NCBI GenBank assembly: GCA_035574195.1
Contig: DATLZE010000066.1
Span: 19,066 to 83,065, forward strand
DNA: 64,000 nucleotides
Origin: Burkholderiales bacterium
Lineage (GTDB): Bacteria > Pseudomonadota > Gammaproteobacteria > Burkholderiales > SG8-41
Direction: 5' to 3'
Shown here piece by piece: positions 54,894-64,000 of the stretch. How positions within the stretch are numbered: the first letter of the stretch is position 1; each line of letters starts with the position of its first letter. Under the pieces are notes generated by a model. The model saw nothing but the letters and a program-made list of their open reading frames with translations. It made no database searches and had not been told where the DNA came from. The translations under genes were made by a program, and so were the position numbers.

Positions 54894-56276
54894 ATGCTGA
54901 AGCGACTGGCTTTCGCGCTGTTCCTGTTGCCGCCGCTCGCGGCGCCGGCCCAGCTTCCGGACTTCACCGAGCTGGTGGAGAAACAAGGGCCGGCTGTCGT
55001 CAACATCAGCACCACGCAGTCGGTGCGCAACCCCCTCTTTCCGCAAATCCCCAACTTGCAGGAGGACGATCCCTTCTACGAGTTCTTCCGGCGCTTCATG
55101 CCCAATCCGGGGCCGCGCGAGTTCCAGTCGCACTCCCTGGGCTCGGGCTTCATCATCAGCGCGGACGGCTATATCCTCACCAACGCCCACGTGGTGGACG
55201 CTGCCGACGAGATCACGGTCAAATTGAACGACAAGCGCGAGTTCAAGGCCAAGGTGATCGGCGCCGACCGCCGCACCGACATCGCGCTGCTCAAGATCGA
55301 CGCGACCGGCCTCCCCGCGGTGAGATTCGGCGATCCCAACAAGCTCAAAGTCGGAGAGTGGGTTGTCGCGATCGGCTCGCCGTTCGGCTTCGAGAACACC
55401 GTAACCGCCGGCATCGTCAGCGCCAAGGGCCGCTCGCTGCCGCAGGAGAACTACGTCCCCTTCATCCAGACCGACGTCGCCGTCAACCCTGGCAATTCCG
55501 GCGGGCCGCTGTTCAACTTGAAAGGCGAGGTGGTCGGCATCAATTCGCAGATCTACAGCCGCACCGGCGGCTTCATGGGGCTTTCGTTTGCGATTCCGAT
55601 TGATGTCGCGAACGACATCGCGCAGCAGCTGCGCACTACCGGCAAGGTCACGCGCGGGCGCATCGGCGTGGTGATCCAGCCGGTCACCAAGGAGCTCGCC
55701 GACGGCTTCGGGCTGGCGCGCCCGCAGGGCGCCCTCGTCAACTCGGTGGAGAAGGGCGGACCGGCGGACAAGGCGGGCATCGAGCCGGGCGACGTCATCC
55801 TGCGCTTCGACGGCAAACCGGTGAATTCCTCCGAAGACTTGCCCCGCATCGTCGCGGCCACCAAGCCCGGCAGCCGTGTCGCGATCCAACTCTGGCGCAA
55901 CAAGGCTGCGCGCGAGGTGCAGGTGACGGTCGCCGAGATGCCCGACGACCGGGCGGCGCGCCAGGCGCGCCGCGGCGGCAAGCCGCCCGCCGCGGCCGCG
56001 AGCCAGTACGGGCTGACGCTCTCCGACCTCAGCGAGGCGCAGAAAAACGAGCTCAAGATCCAGGGCGGGGTGCTGGTCGAGAACGCCCAGGGAGCCGCGG
56101 CGCGCGCCGGGGTGCGGCGCGGCGACGTGATCCTGGCGATCAACAACCAGGACGTGAAGTCGGTCGAGCAGTTCAACCAGATGATGGCGCAGTTCGAAAA
56201 GGGGCGGATCGTGGCGCTGCTGATCCGGCGCGGATCGAACTCGCTCTACGTGCCGTTCCGCGTCGAGGCCGGCTGA
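54894..56276 (+). CDS. degP: Periplasmic serine endoprotease DegP/DegQ (MucD-like), two PDZ domains
   Basis: 460 aa. Catalytic triad context TNAHVV...DIALLKI...GNSGGPL. Confidence 0.92.
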   Translation: MLKRLAFALFLLPPLAAPAQLPDFTELVEKQGPAVVNISTTQSVRNPLFPQIPNLQEDDPFYEFFRRFMPNPGPREFQSHSLGSGFIISADGYILTNAHVVDAADEITVKLNDKREFKAKVIGADRRTDIALLKIDATGLPAVRFGDPNKLKVGEWVVAIGSPFGFENTVTAGIVSAKGRSLPQENYVPFIQTDVAVNPGNSGGPLFNLKGEVVGINSQIYSRTGGFMGLSFAIPIDVANDIAQQLRTTGKVTRGRIGVVIQPVTKELADGFGLARPQGALVNSVEKGGPADKAGIEPGDVILRFDGKPVNSSEDLPRIVAATKPGSRVAIQLWRNKAAREVQVTVAEMPDDRAARQARRGGKPPAAAASQYGLTLSDLSEAQKNELKIQGGVLVENAQGAAARAGVRRGDVILAINNQDVKSVEQFNQMMAQFEKGRIVALLIRRGSNSLYVPFRVEAG

Positions 56277-56287
56277 CGCGGGCCGCG

Positions 56288-56314
56288 CCCGCGCGCTCTA
56301 CAGCCGCGCGCGGG
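56288..56314 (+). terminator. 9-bp GC hairpin after degP (no U-tract)
   Basis: cccgcgcgc (56288-56296) pairs with gcgcgcggg (56306-56314). TAGAAT at 56322-56327 may be the lepA -10. Confidence 0.35.
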
Positions 56315-56388
56315 ATTCCGCTAGAATACGCGGCTTTGAAGAAGGGAAGGGCGCGCGGCCCCTGCGAAGGTGGCGGCGCCCTTTTCCG

Positions 56389-58182
56389 ATGCAGCACATC
56401 CGCAATTTCTCGATCATCGCGCACGTAGACCACGGCAAATCCACGCTCGCCGACCGCTTCATCGAGCTGTGCGGCGGCCTCGCCGAGCGCGAGATGGAGG
56501 ACCAGGTGCTCGACTCGATGGAGCTCGAGCGCGAGCGCGGCATCACTATCAAGGCGCAGACCGCCGCGCTCGAGTACCGCGCGCGCGACGGCGGCCACTA
56601 TCTCCTCAATCTCATAGACACCCCGGGTCACGTGGATTTCTCGTACGAGGTGTCGCGCTCGCTGGCGGCGTGCGAGGGGGCGTTGCTGGTAGTGGACGCC
56701 TCCCAAGGCGTGGAGGCCCAGACGGTGGCCAACTGCTACACCGCGGTCGAGCAGGGCGTCGAGGTCGTCCCGGTGCTGAACAAGATGGACCTGCCACAGG
56801 CCGATCCCGCGCGCGTGATCGGAGAGATCGAGGACATCGTCGGCATATCGGCCCGCGACGCGCTGCGCGTAAGCGCCAAGACCGGAGAAGGCGTGCAAGA
56901 TGTCCTGGAGGCGGTGATCCGGCGGATTCCGCCGCCGCGGGGCGACCGGGGCGCCCCGCTCAAGGCGTTGATCATAGATTCGTGGTTCGACAACTACGTC
57001 GGCGTGGTCATGCTGGTGCGCGTGGTGGACGGGACGCTCGGGCCCGGAGACCGCATCCTGCTCATGTCCACCGGTGCCGTCTATCCCTGCGAGCGGGTGG
57101 GCGTGTTCACGCCCAAGGCGCGCGACCGGGACATGCTCTCCGCGGGCGAGGTGGGCTACGTCGTCGCCGGCATCAAAGAGCTGAAGGCCGCCCGCGTCGG
57201 TGACACCGTGACCGCCGCCGCGCGCCCCGCAGCGCAACCGCTGCCCGGCTTCAAGGAAATCAAGCCGCAGGTGTTCGCCGGGCTCTACCCGGTGGACCCG
57301 AACGAATACGGGGCGCTGCGCGACGCGCTGCAAAAGCTCCAGCTGAACGACGCCGCGCTGCGCTTCGAGCCGGAATCCTCGCAGGCGCTCGGCTTCGGCT
57401 TCCGCTGCGGCTTTCTCGGGCTGCTACACCTCGACATCGTACAGGAGCGGCTCGAGCGCGAATACGGCATGAACCTCATCACGACCGCACCGACTGTCGT
57501 CTACCAGGTACTGTTGCGCGACGGCTCGGTGCTCGAGATCGAAAACCCCTCGCGCCTGCCCGATCCCGGAAAGATCGCGGAGATCCGGGAGCCCGTCATC
57601 CGCGCCTCCATCCTGGTGCCGCACGACTACGTCGGCCCGGTGATCACGCTCGCCAACCAGAAGCGCGGCATCCAGCGCAACCTCCAGTACATGGGCCGGC
57701 AGGCGGTGCTCACCTACGAGCTGCCGCTCAGCGAGGTGGTGATGGACTTCTTCGACCGGCTGAAGTCGGTCTCGCGCGGCTACGCCTCGCTCGACTACGA
57801 TTTCCTCGAATACCGCGCGGGCGACCTGGTGCGGCTCGACATCCTGATCAACGGCGAGCGGGTTGACGCGCTGTCCCTGATCGTGCACCGCACGAGCGCG
57901 CAGAGCCGCGGGCGCGAGCTCGCGGCCCGCATGCGCGAGCTCATCCCGCGCCAGATGTTCGACGTCGCGGTACAGGCCGCGATCGGCTCGCAAATCATCG
58001 CACGCGAGACGGTGCGGGCACTGCGCAAGAACGTGCTCGCCAAGTGCTACGGGGGCGACGTCACGCGCAAGAAGAAACTGCTCGAGAGGCAGAAAGCCGG
58101 CAAGAAGCGCATGAAACAGGTGGGCAGCGTCGAGATCCCCCAGGAGGCGTTTCTCGCCATCCTCAAGGTGGAGCGCCAGTGA
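56389..58182 (+). CDS. lepA: Translation elongation factor 4 (LepA)
   Basis: 597 aa. [31 protein letters not shown], and the LepA C-terminal domain. Confidence 0.97.
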   Translation: MQHIRNFSIIAHVDHGKSTLADRFIELCGGLAEREMEDQVLDSMELERERGITIKAQTAALEYRARDGGHYLLNLIDTPGHVDFSYEVSRSLAACEGALLVVDASQGVEAQTVANCYTAVEQGVEVVPVLNKMDLPQADPARVIGEIEDIVGISARDALRVSAKTGEGVQDVLEAVIRRIPPPRGDRGAPLKALIIDSWFDNYVGVVMLVRVVDGTLGPGDRILLMSTGAVYPCERVGVFTPKARDRDMLSAGEVGYVVAGIKELKAARVGDTVTAAARPAAQPLPGFKEIKPQVFAGLYPVDPNEYGALRDALQKLQLNDAALRFEPESSQALGFGFRCGFLGLLHLDIVQERLEREYGMNLITTAPTVVYQVLLRDGSVLEIENPSRLPDPGKIAEIREPVIRASILVPHDYVGPVITLANQKRGIQRNLQYMGRQAVLTYELPLSEVVMDFFDRLKSVSRGYASLDYDFLEYRAGDLVRLDILINGERVDALSLIVHRTSAQSRGRELAARMRELIPRQMFDVAVQAAIGSQIIARETVRALRKNVLAKCYGGDVTRKKKLLERQKAGKKRMKQVGSVEIPQEAFLAILKVERQ

Positions 58183-58982
58183 ATTTCGCGCTGATCCTGT
58201 TTTTGCTGCTCGTCGCGACCGGCACGATCTGGGCGCTCGACCGCCTGTGGCTCGCGAAGCGGCGCCCGCCCGCAAGCGCCGAGCCCTGGTGGGTGGAATA
58301 TCCGAAGAGCTTCTTCCCGGTGATCCTGGTGGTGTTCTTGCTGCGCTCGTTCCTGGTCGAGCCGTTCAAGATCCCCTCGGGCTCGATGCTACCGACGCTG
58401 CTGGTAGGTGACTTCATCCTGGTGAACAAGTTCACGTACGGCATCCGGCTGCCGATCGTCAACGTCAAGGTGCTCGACGTGAACCAGCCCAGGCGCGGAG
58501 AGATCATGGTCTTCCGCTACCCCGAGAACCCCGGCCTCGACTACATCAAGCGCGTGATCGGGCTGCCGGGCGACCGCATCACCTACCGCGACAAGCGGCT
58601 GTGGATCAACGGAGAGGAGGTCCGAGTACGGCCGAACGGTGAGTATAATTATCTCGAGGGCGGCTTGAACTTCGTCACGGCGCAGATGCTGATCGAGGAG
58701 CTGGACGGGCGGCCTCACGCGATCCTCATTCAGCCGGAAGTGCCCAGCGTGCACCTGTCGGGGGTGCGGCTGTTTCCCTTCCGCGACAATTGCGCCTACA
58801 ATGAATCGGGATTCAGCTGCACCGTGCCGCCAGGGCATTATTTTCTGATGGGCGACAACCGCGACAGCAGCAGCGACAGCCGCTACTGGGGCTTCGTCCC
58901 GGAGGCGAACATCGTGGGCAAGGCGTTCATGATCTGGTGGAACTTCGATGAATTGAAGAGGATCGGGCGGATCATCAACTGA
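58179..58982 (+). CDS. lepB: Signal peptidase I
   Basis: GTG start overlaps the lepA stop (GTGA), giving 267 aa. Catalytic [17 protein letters not shown], and [16 protein letters not shown]. Confidence 0.94.
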   Translation: MNFALILFLLLVATGTIWALDRLWLAKRRPPASAEPWWVEYPKSFFPVILVVFLLRSFLVEPFKIPSGSMLPTLLVGDFILVNKFTYGIRLPIVNVKVLDVNQPRRGEIMVFRYPENPGLDYIKRVIGLPGDRITYRDKRLWINGEEVRVRPNGEYNYLEGGLNFVTAQMLIEELDGRPHAILIQPEVPSVHLSGVRLFPFRDNCAYNESGFSCTVPPGHYFLMGDNRDSSSDSRYWGFVPEANIVGKAFMIWWNFDELKRIGRIIN

Positions 58983-58993
58983 AAGGATGGATC

Positions 58994-59350
58994 ATGCGCA
59001 GGCAGAGAGGGATAACCCTGTCCGGGTTCATACTGTGGGCGATCGTGCTGGTGGTGCTCGCGCTGCTCGGCTTCCGTATCGGCCCCCCGTACTTCGAGTA
59101 CATCACGATCCAGAATCAGCTCAGGGCGATCGCCAAGGATCCCGAGGCGCGCAGCGGCCTGCGGCGTGACGTCGAGAACGCCTTTTCCCGGCGCGCGTCC
59201 ATCGAGAACATCAAGTCGGTCTCGGCCAAGGACATCCAGATCTCCAAGCAAGGCGAGCAACTGGTCCTGAGCGTGGATTACTCGGTTTGCGTGCCGGTCG
59301 TCGCCAACATCAGAGCGTGCATGGACTACAGCGCGAGCTCCGCGAAATAG
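58994..59350 (+). CDS. DUF4845-like small membrane-anchored protein (conserved between lepB and rnc)
   Basis: 118 aa. N-terminal MRRQRGITLSGFILWAIVLVVLALLGF anchor. The family name is from memory. Confidence 0.6.
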   Translation: MRRQRGITLSGFILWAIVLVVLALLGFRIGPPYFEYITIQNQLRAIAKDPEARSGLRRDVENAFSRRASIENIKSVSAKDIQISKQGEQLVLSVDYSVCVPVVANIRACMDYSASSAK

Positions 59351-59374
59351 GGACGAGCGGTTCCCATCCGGTGC

Positions 59375-60046
59375 ATGGACCTCGCGGGATTCGGACGCAG
59401 CATCGGCCACGGCTTCTCCGACCCTGAGCTGTTGCGCCGCGCGCTCACGCACCGCAGCCACAGCGCGGCGCACAACGAGCGCCTGGAATTCCTGGGCGAC
59501 AGCGTCCTCAACTGCGCGGTCGCGCTCGAGCTCTACCACAAGTTTCCTCGGCTGACCGAGGGCGAGCTCTCGCGCCTGCGCGCGAACCTCGTGAACCAGC
59601 AGTCGCTCGCCGCCGCCGCGCATCGCTTCTCTTTCGGCGAGCACCTGCGGCTGGGGGAGGGCGAGATGAAGAGCGGTGGCGCGCGCCGCCCTTCCATCCT
59701 CGCCAACGCGGTGGAGGCAGTGGTCGGTGCCGCTTTCCTCGACGGCGGCTTCGAGAGCGCACGCCGCGTGGTGCGCACTTTGCTCGGCGAATCGCTCGAT
59801 ACCATAGATCCCGCCACCACAGGCAAAGACCCGAAGACGCTGCTCCAGGAATACCTCCAGGCGCGCCGCATCGCGCTACCTCAGTACTCCGTGATCGCGA
59901 CGCGCGGCGAGGCGCACGAGCAGCAGTTCCAGGTCGAATGCCTGATCCCGGAGCTCAATATCCGCTCGGTCGGCGAGGGCACCAGCCGGCGCAGCGCGGA
60001 GCAGGAAGCCGCGCGCCAGGCCTATGAGCTCGCGCAGCGCGCCTGA
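59375..60046 (+). CDS. rnc: Ribonuclease III
   Basis: 223 aa. Signature [12 protein letters not shown] and a C-terminal dsRBD. Confidence 0.96.
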   Translation: MDLAGFGRSIGHGFSDPELLRRALTHRSHSAAHNERLEFLGDSVLNCAVALELYHKFPRLTEGELSRLRANLVNQQSLAAAAHRFSFGEHLRLGEGEMKSGGARRPSILANAVEAVVGAAFLDGGFESARRVVRTLLGESLDTIDPATTGKDPKTLLQEYLQARRIALPQYSVIATRGEAHEQQFQVECLIPELNIRSVGEGTSRRSAEQEAARQAYELAQRA

Positions 60047-60935
60047 GGCGCCCCCCGAACATCGCGCCGGTCACGTCGCGATCGTCGGCCGCCCGAACGT
60101 CGGCAAGTCCTCGCTGCTCAACCGGCTGGTCGGCGCCAAGATCAGCATCACCTCGCGCAAGCCCCAGACCACGCGCCGGCGCGTGACCGGAATTGTCACG
60201 CTCCCGCACGCCCAGATCGCGTTCGTGGACACGCCCGGCTACCAGACAGAGCACCTGTCGGCGCTCAATCGCGCGATGAACCGCGACGTCACCGCGAGCC
60301 TCGGCGAGGTGGACGCCGTGCTCTGGGTAGTGGAGGCCCTGCGCTACGACGCGCGCGACGAGGAATTGGCGAAGCTGCTGCCGCCGGGTGCGCCGGTCGT
60401 GCTCGCGATCAACAAAACCGACCTCGTGAAGGACAAGAGGGAGCTTCTGCCCTTCATCGCGCGACTCTCCGCGCAGCGCGAGTTCGCGGCAGTGGTTCCG
60501 GTTTCAGCGACACGCGGTATCCAGCTCGACGAGCTTCTCGAGGCACTGGTGCCGCTGCTGCCGCAGGGGCCACGACTCTACGAGGAGGACGAAATCACCA
60601 CTGCCAGCGAGCGTTTTCTCGCGGCAGAGCTGTTGCGCGAAAAGCTGTTCCGGTTGCTGGGCGAGGAGCTGCCGTACGCGACCGCCGTCGAGATCGAGCA
60701 GTTCCGGGAGGAAGGCGCGCTGCGCCGCATCCACGCCGTGATCCTGGTAGACAAGGAAAGCCAGAAGCCGATCGTGATCGGGAAGGGAGGCGAGAAGCTC
60801 AAGGCGATCGCCGCCCAGGCGCGCGAGGACATGGAGCGGCTGTTCGGCGGTAAAGTGTTCCTGCAAGTGTGGGTCAAGGTGCGGCGCGGCTGGGCCGAGA
60901 ACGAAGCCGTGCTCAGGCGCATGGGTTACGGATGA
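60024..60935 (+). CDS. era: GTPase Era
   Basis: 303 aa. G1 [20 protein letters not shown], and a KH domain. It overlaps rnc by 23 nt. Confidence 0.96.
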   Translation: MSSRSAPEAPPEHRAGHVAIVGRPNVGKSSLLNRLVGAKISITSRKPQTTRRRVTGIVTLPHAQIAFVDTPGYQTEHLSALNRAMNRDVTASLGEVDAVLWVVEALRYDARDEELAKLLPPGAPVVLAINKTDLVKDKRELLPFIARLSAQREFAAVVPVSATRGIQLDELLEALVPLLPQGPRLYEEDEITTASERFLAAELLREKLFRLLGEELPYATAVEIEQFREEGALRRIHAVILVDKESQKPIVIGKGGEKLKAIAAQAREDMERLFGGKVFLQVWVKVRRGWAENEAVLRRMGYG

Positions 60936-61681
60936 GCGGGCGGGAAACAGGTGTGGCGGCTCCGGGAACGCACCGCGCGCACGCACAGCCGGCCTACGTG
61001 CTGCACAGCTACCCGTACCGCGAGAGCAGCCTGGTGGTGGAGGCGTTCACCCGCGATTGCGGGCGGATCGCGCTCGTGGCGCGCGGTGCGCGTCGGCAGA
61101 AATCGGCGCTGCGCGGCGTGCTGCTTGCGTTCCAGCCGCTGCTGCTGTCGTGGTCCGGGCGGGGCGAGCTGCGCACCCTCACCGGAGCGGAATGGGACGG
61201 CCCCTACGCGCCGCTCAAAGGCCGGGCCCTGGTCTGCGGTTTTTATTTGAACGAGTTGCTGCTGAAATTCCTCGCACGCGACGATCCTCACGAGCGGCTG
61301 TACGCGACCTATGCGGGCACGCTGGCGGAGCTCGCGCGAGAGGAGCAGCAGGCGGCGACCCTGCGGCGTTTCGAAGTGAGCCTGCTGCGCGAGCTGGGGT
61401 ACGCGGTGACGCTCGACCGCGACGTCGAGAGCGGCGAGCCGATCCAGGGGGCGCGGCGCTATCGCTACCTCCCCGAGCGAGGGCCGGTCGCTGCCGGTGC
61501 GGCCGCGGCGGAGGGGGTAGAATTGGCGGGGCAGACGCTGCTCGACATGCAGGCCGGCGATTACACGAGCGCTGTCACGCTGCAACAGAGCAGAACACTG
61601 ATGCGCGCGCTCATCAACCATCATCTCGGAGGCCAGGTGCTGCACACGCGCCGGTTGCTGCGCGACCTGCAGGAGCTGTGA
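60932..61681 (+). CDS. recO: DNA repair protein RecO
   Basis: 249 aa. ...[36 protein letters not shown]. The start overlaps the era stop (ATGA). Confidence 0.9.
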   Translation: MSGRETGVAAPGTHRAHAQPAYVLHSYPYRESSLVVEAFTRDCGRIALVARGARRQKSALRGVLLAFQPLLLSWSGRGELRTLTGAEWDGPYAPLKGRALVCGFYLNELLLKFLARDDPHERLYATYAGTLAELAREEQQAATLRRFEVSLLRELGYAVTLDRDVESGEPIQGARRYRYLPERGPVAAGAAAAEGVELAGQTLLDMQAGDYTSAVTLQQSRTLMRALINHHLGGQVLHTRRLLRDLQEL

Positions 61682-62400
61682 TGCTGCTCGGTGTCAACAT
61701 TGACCACGTCGCGACCCTGCGCCAGGCCCGCCGCACCCGTTATCCCAGCCCGGTCGAGGCGGCGCTCGCGGCCGAGGAGGCGGGTGCCGACTACATCACG
61801 CTGCACCTGCGCGAGGACCGCCGCCACATCCAGGACGAGGATGTGATGGCCATTCGCGGCCTGTTGCGCACGCACCTGAACCTCGAGGCCGCGGTCACGC
61901 CGGAGATGATCGCATTCGCCCGACGAGTGAGGCCCCGCGACGTTTGCCTGGTTCCAGAGCGGCGCGAGGAGCTCACCACCGAGGGCGGGCTCGATGTCGC
62001 GCACCATTTCGAGCGGATCGCGGCGGCCTGCCGCGAGCTGCGGGATTCAGGCATCCGGGTGTCGCTGTTCATCGATCCCGATCCCGTCCAGATCGACGCT
62101 GCGGCACGGACCGGAGCGCCGGTCGTCGAGCTGCACACGGGGCGCTACGCCGAGGCGCCCGACGCGGCAGGACAGGAGCGCGAGCTCGCGACGATCCGGC
62201 AAGCCGCCGCGTACGCGGCGGAGCGGGGGCTGCAGGTGAACGCGGGACACGGCCTGAATTACGACAACGTCCGGCCCGTGGCAGCCGTTCCCCAGATACG
62301 CGAACTCAATATCGGTCACGCCATCGTCGCCCGCGCGGTTTTCGTCGGCATCGCGCAGGCGGTGCGCGAAATGAAAGCCCTGATGCGCTCGGCGCGATGA
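61681..62400 (+). CDS. pdxJ: Pyridoxine 5'-phosphate synthase
   Basis: 239 aa. [24 protein letters not shown]...HLREDRRHI. Confidence 0.96.
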   Translation: MLLGVNIDHVATLRQARRTRYPSPVEAALAAEEAGADYITLHLREDRRHIQDEDVMAIRGLLRTHLNLEAAVTPEMIAFARRVRPRDVCLVPERREELTTEGGLDVAHHFERIAAACRELRDSGIRVSLFIDPDPVQIDAAARTGAPVVELHTGRYAEAPDAAGQERELATIRQAAAYAAERGLQVNAGHGLNYDNVRPVAAVPQIRELNIGHAIVARAVFVGIAQAVREMKALMRSAR

Positions 62401-62777
62401 TCTACGGCATCGGCATTGACGTGGTGGAACCGCGGCGAGTCGAGCGGCTGGTCGCGCGCTACGGCGAGCGCTTCGCCCGCCGGTTGCTCACGCCGCAGGA
62501 ATGGCCGGCCTACCTCAGAACCGCGCGGCCGGTGCTGTTTCTCGCCAACCGCTTCGCGGCCAAAGAAGCCTTCTCCAAGGCGATGGGGACGGGTTTTCGC
62601 TACCCGGTCACGCTCCAGTGCATCAGCGTGGTGCAGAATGCGGCGGGCAAGCCCAGCCTTGCGTTCCACCCCAACCTCGAGCGGCTGGTCAGGGAGCGCG
62701 GCATCACCGGGCACCATCTCACGATCAGCGACGAGAGCTCGCTCGCCTGCGCCTGCGTGGTGCTCGAGAGCGGATGA
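62397..62777 (+). CDS. acpS: Holo-ACP synthase
   Basis: 126 aa. [11 protein letters not shown]...[10 protein letters not shown]. Confidence 0.94.
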   Translation: MIYGIGIDVVEPRRVERLVARYGERFARRLLTPQEWPAYLRTARPVLFLANRFAAKEAFSKAMGTGFRYPVTLQCISVVQNAAGKPSLAFHPNLERLVRERGITGHHLTISDESSLACACVVLESG

Positions 62778-63838
62778 GCGCGAGGCGGCTTCCGCTCGGG
62801 CCAGTGATGCTGGATGTCGCGGGTCCCGAGCTCGACGCGGCGGACTGGCGGCGGCTCACGCACCCGCTGGTGGGCGGCGTCATCCTGTTCTCGCGCAACT
62901 ACACCGGTCCGGAGCAGCTCGCGCGCCTCACGGCGGAAATCCATTCGCTGCGCACCCCGCCGCTGATCATCGCGGTGGACCATGAAGGCGGCCGGGTGCA
63001 GCGATTTCGCGAGGGGTTCACCGCCATCCCCCCGATGCGCGAGCTGGGGCGGCTATGGGACGCCGGAGCGCAGCACGCACTGCACCTCGCTCGCGAAATC
63101 GGCTTCGTGCTAGCGGCCGAGCTGCGCGCTCACGGGGTGGACGTGAGCTTCGCGCCCGTGCTCGACGTGGACCATGGAGCGAGCAGCGTGATCGGCGACC
63201 GGGCGCTGCATTCCGATCCGGAGGTGGTGGCGGAGCTCGCGCGCGCACTGCTGCAAGGGCTGCGCCAGGGCGGCATGAGCGGGGTCGGCAAGCATTTTCC
63301 CGGGCACGGCTACGTGCGCGCCGACTCGCACGCCGAGCTGCCGGTGGACGAGCGCGACTACCAGGACATCGAGGTGGCCGATCTCGTGCCGTTCCGGCGC
63401 GCAATCGGCGCCGGGCTCGGCAGCATCATGCCCGCCCACGTGCTCTATCCCCGAGTGGACGGGCGCCCGGCCGGCTTTTCTCCGGTGTGGATCAAGCAGA
63501 TCCTGCGCGGGCGCCTCGGCTTCGACGGGGTGGTGTTCAGCGACGACCTCGGCATGGAGGCGGCGGGAGCGGCGGGCGGCGTCGTCGAGCGCGCACGCGC
63601 GGCGCTTGCGGCGGGCTGCGACATGGTGCTCATCTGCAACGATCCGGAGGGCGCCGAGGAGCTGCTGAAAGGGCTCGATTACGCGATGCCGGCAGTGGGA
63701 CTCGCCCGGCTCGCGCGCCTGCACGCGCGGCCGCATTTCGAGAGCATGGCGCGGCTGCGCGAGGACGCGCGCTACGCCCGCGCGCTGCAGGCGATCGCCA
63801 GCGCCGGGCGGCGCGAGGGCGAGCTTCCTCTCGGCTGA
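62774..63838 (+). CDS. nagZ: Beta-N-acetylhexosaminidase (peptidoglycan recycling)
   Basis: 354 aa. VGGVILFSRN, IAVDHEGGRVQRF, KHFPGHG, and VFSDDLGM. Confidence 0.93.
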   Translation: MSARRLPLGPVMLDVAGPELDAADWRRLTHPLVGGVILFSRNYTGPEQLARLTAEIHSLRTPPLIIAVDHEGGRVQRFREGFTAIPPMRELGRLWDAGAQHALHLAREIGFVLAAELRAHGVDVSFAPVLDVDHGASSVIGDRALHSDPEVVAELARALLQGLRQGGMSGVGKHFPGHGYVRADSHAELPVDERDYQDIEVADLVPFRRAIGAGLGSIMPAHVLYPRVDGRPAGFSPVWIKQILRGRLGFDGVVFSDDLGMEAAGAAGGVVERARAALAAGCDMVLICNDPEGAEELLKGLDYAMPAVGLARLARLHARPHFESMARLREDARYARALQAIASAGRREGELPLG

Positions 63839-63943
63839 GGGACTCGGCAGGGAGGACAAATGGTCAACGGAGAATGGCTCGTCGGCCATTTATCCGAGAC
63901 CCGGTCTCCTTGATGACGGCGCACGGACTCGAGCCATGCGCTC

Positions 63944-64000
63944 TCATGCGCGCTCGATATACTCGCCGGAATCGGTGCTGACCTTGATGCGCTCGCCTTC
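63944..64000 (-). CDS. 3' end of a minus-strand gene; the C-terminus resembles elongation factor P family
   Basis: My own translation of the last 18 codons: EGERIKVSTDSGEYIERA*. Compare the EF-P C-terminal ...IKVDTRSGEYVSRV. Only 57 nt are visible. Confidence 0.4.
   Translation of the reverse strand, partial: EGERIKVSTDSGEYIERA

Noticed and set aside
59375-63838. Run of overlapping start/stop junctions (rnc/era 23 nt, era/recO ATGA, recO/pdxJ 1 nt, pdxJ/acpS ATGA, acpS/nagZ ATGA)
   Set aside because: This is normal translational coupling in a conserved operon and is not unusual.
63860-63913. 17-codon ORF (MVNGEWLVGHLSETRSP) with a well-placed GGAGG SD after nagZ
   Set aside because: It is very short and uses a rare TTA codon. 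It sits in the convergent terminator region, and the AATGGC/GCCATT hairpin lies inside it. It is most likely fortuitous.

Overview
High-GC (about 68-70%) proteobacterial chromosome, with beta-/gamma-proteobacterial style synteny. The window is almost entirely core housekeeping genes in conserved blocks: pilU | dapD-dapC-queF | smc-zipA-ligA-galU | DsrE-like-hpt-mtnP-def | glnD-map | rpsB-tsf-pyrH-frr-uppS-cdsA-dxr-rseP-bamA-skp-lpxD-fabZ-lpxA-lpxB-rnhB | ppsR/ppsA | pyrG-kdsA-eno-ftsB-folD | rpoE-rseA-rseB-degP | lepA-lepB-DUF4845-rnc-era-recO-pdxJ-acpS-nagZ. I saw no tRNA, rRNA, CRISPR array, transposase, integrase or phage gene. Five places depart from routine content. (1) A three-gene insert between rnhB and a SpoU/TrmH methyltransferase carries a divergent SenB-like glycosyltransferase and SenA/EgtB-like synthase (selenoneine-type pair) with no adjacent selenophosphate synthetase. 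(2) A stand-alone 1177-aa fusion joins an unrecognised N-terminal domain to an NfnB/GltD-like Fe-S flavoprotein module and a PyrK/NfnA-like [2Fe-2S] flavoprotein module. (3) A 56-nt duplication of the kdsA 5' end creates a translationally coupled 46-codon mini-ORF between pyrG and kdsA. (4) A DsrE-family protein is tightly coupled to purine/MTA salvage genes. (5) Several intergenic regions look structured or decayed. All product calls come from motifs and family signatures I read in the translations plus remembered synteny; no database search was possible. The many long Arg/Ala/Gly-rich ORFs in the supplied track are shadow frames typical of high-GC DNA.
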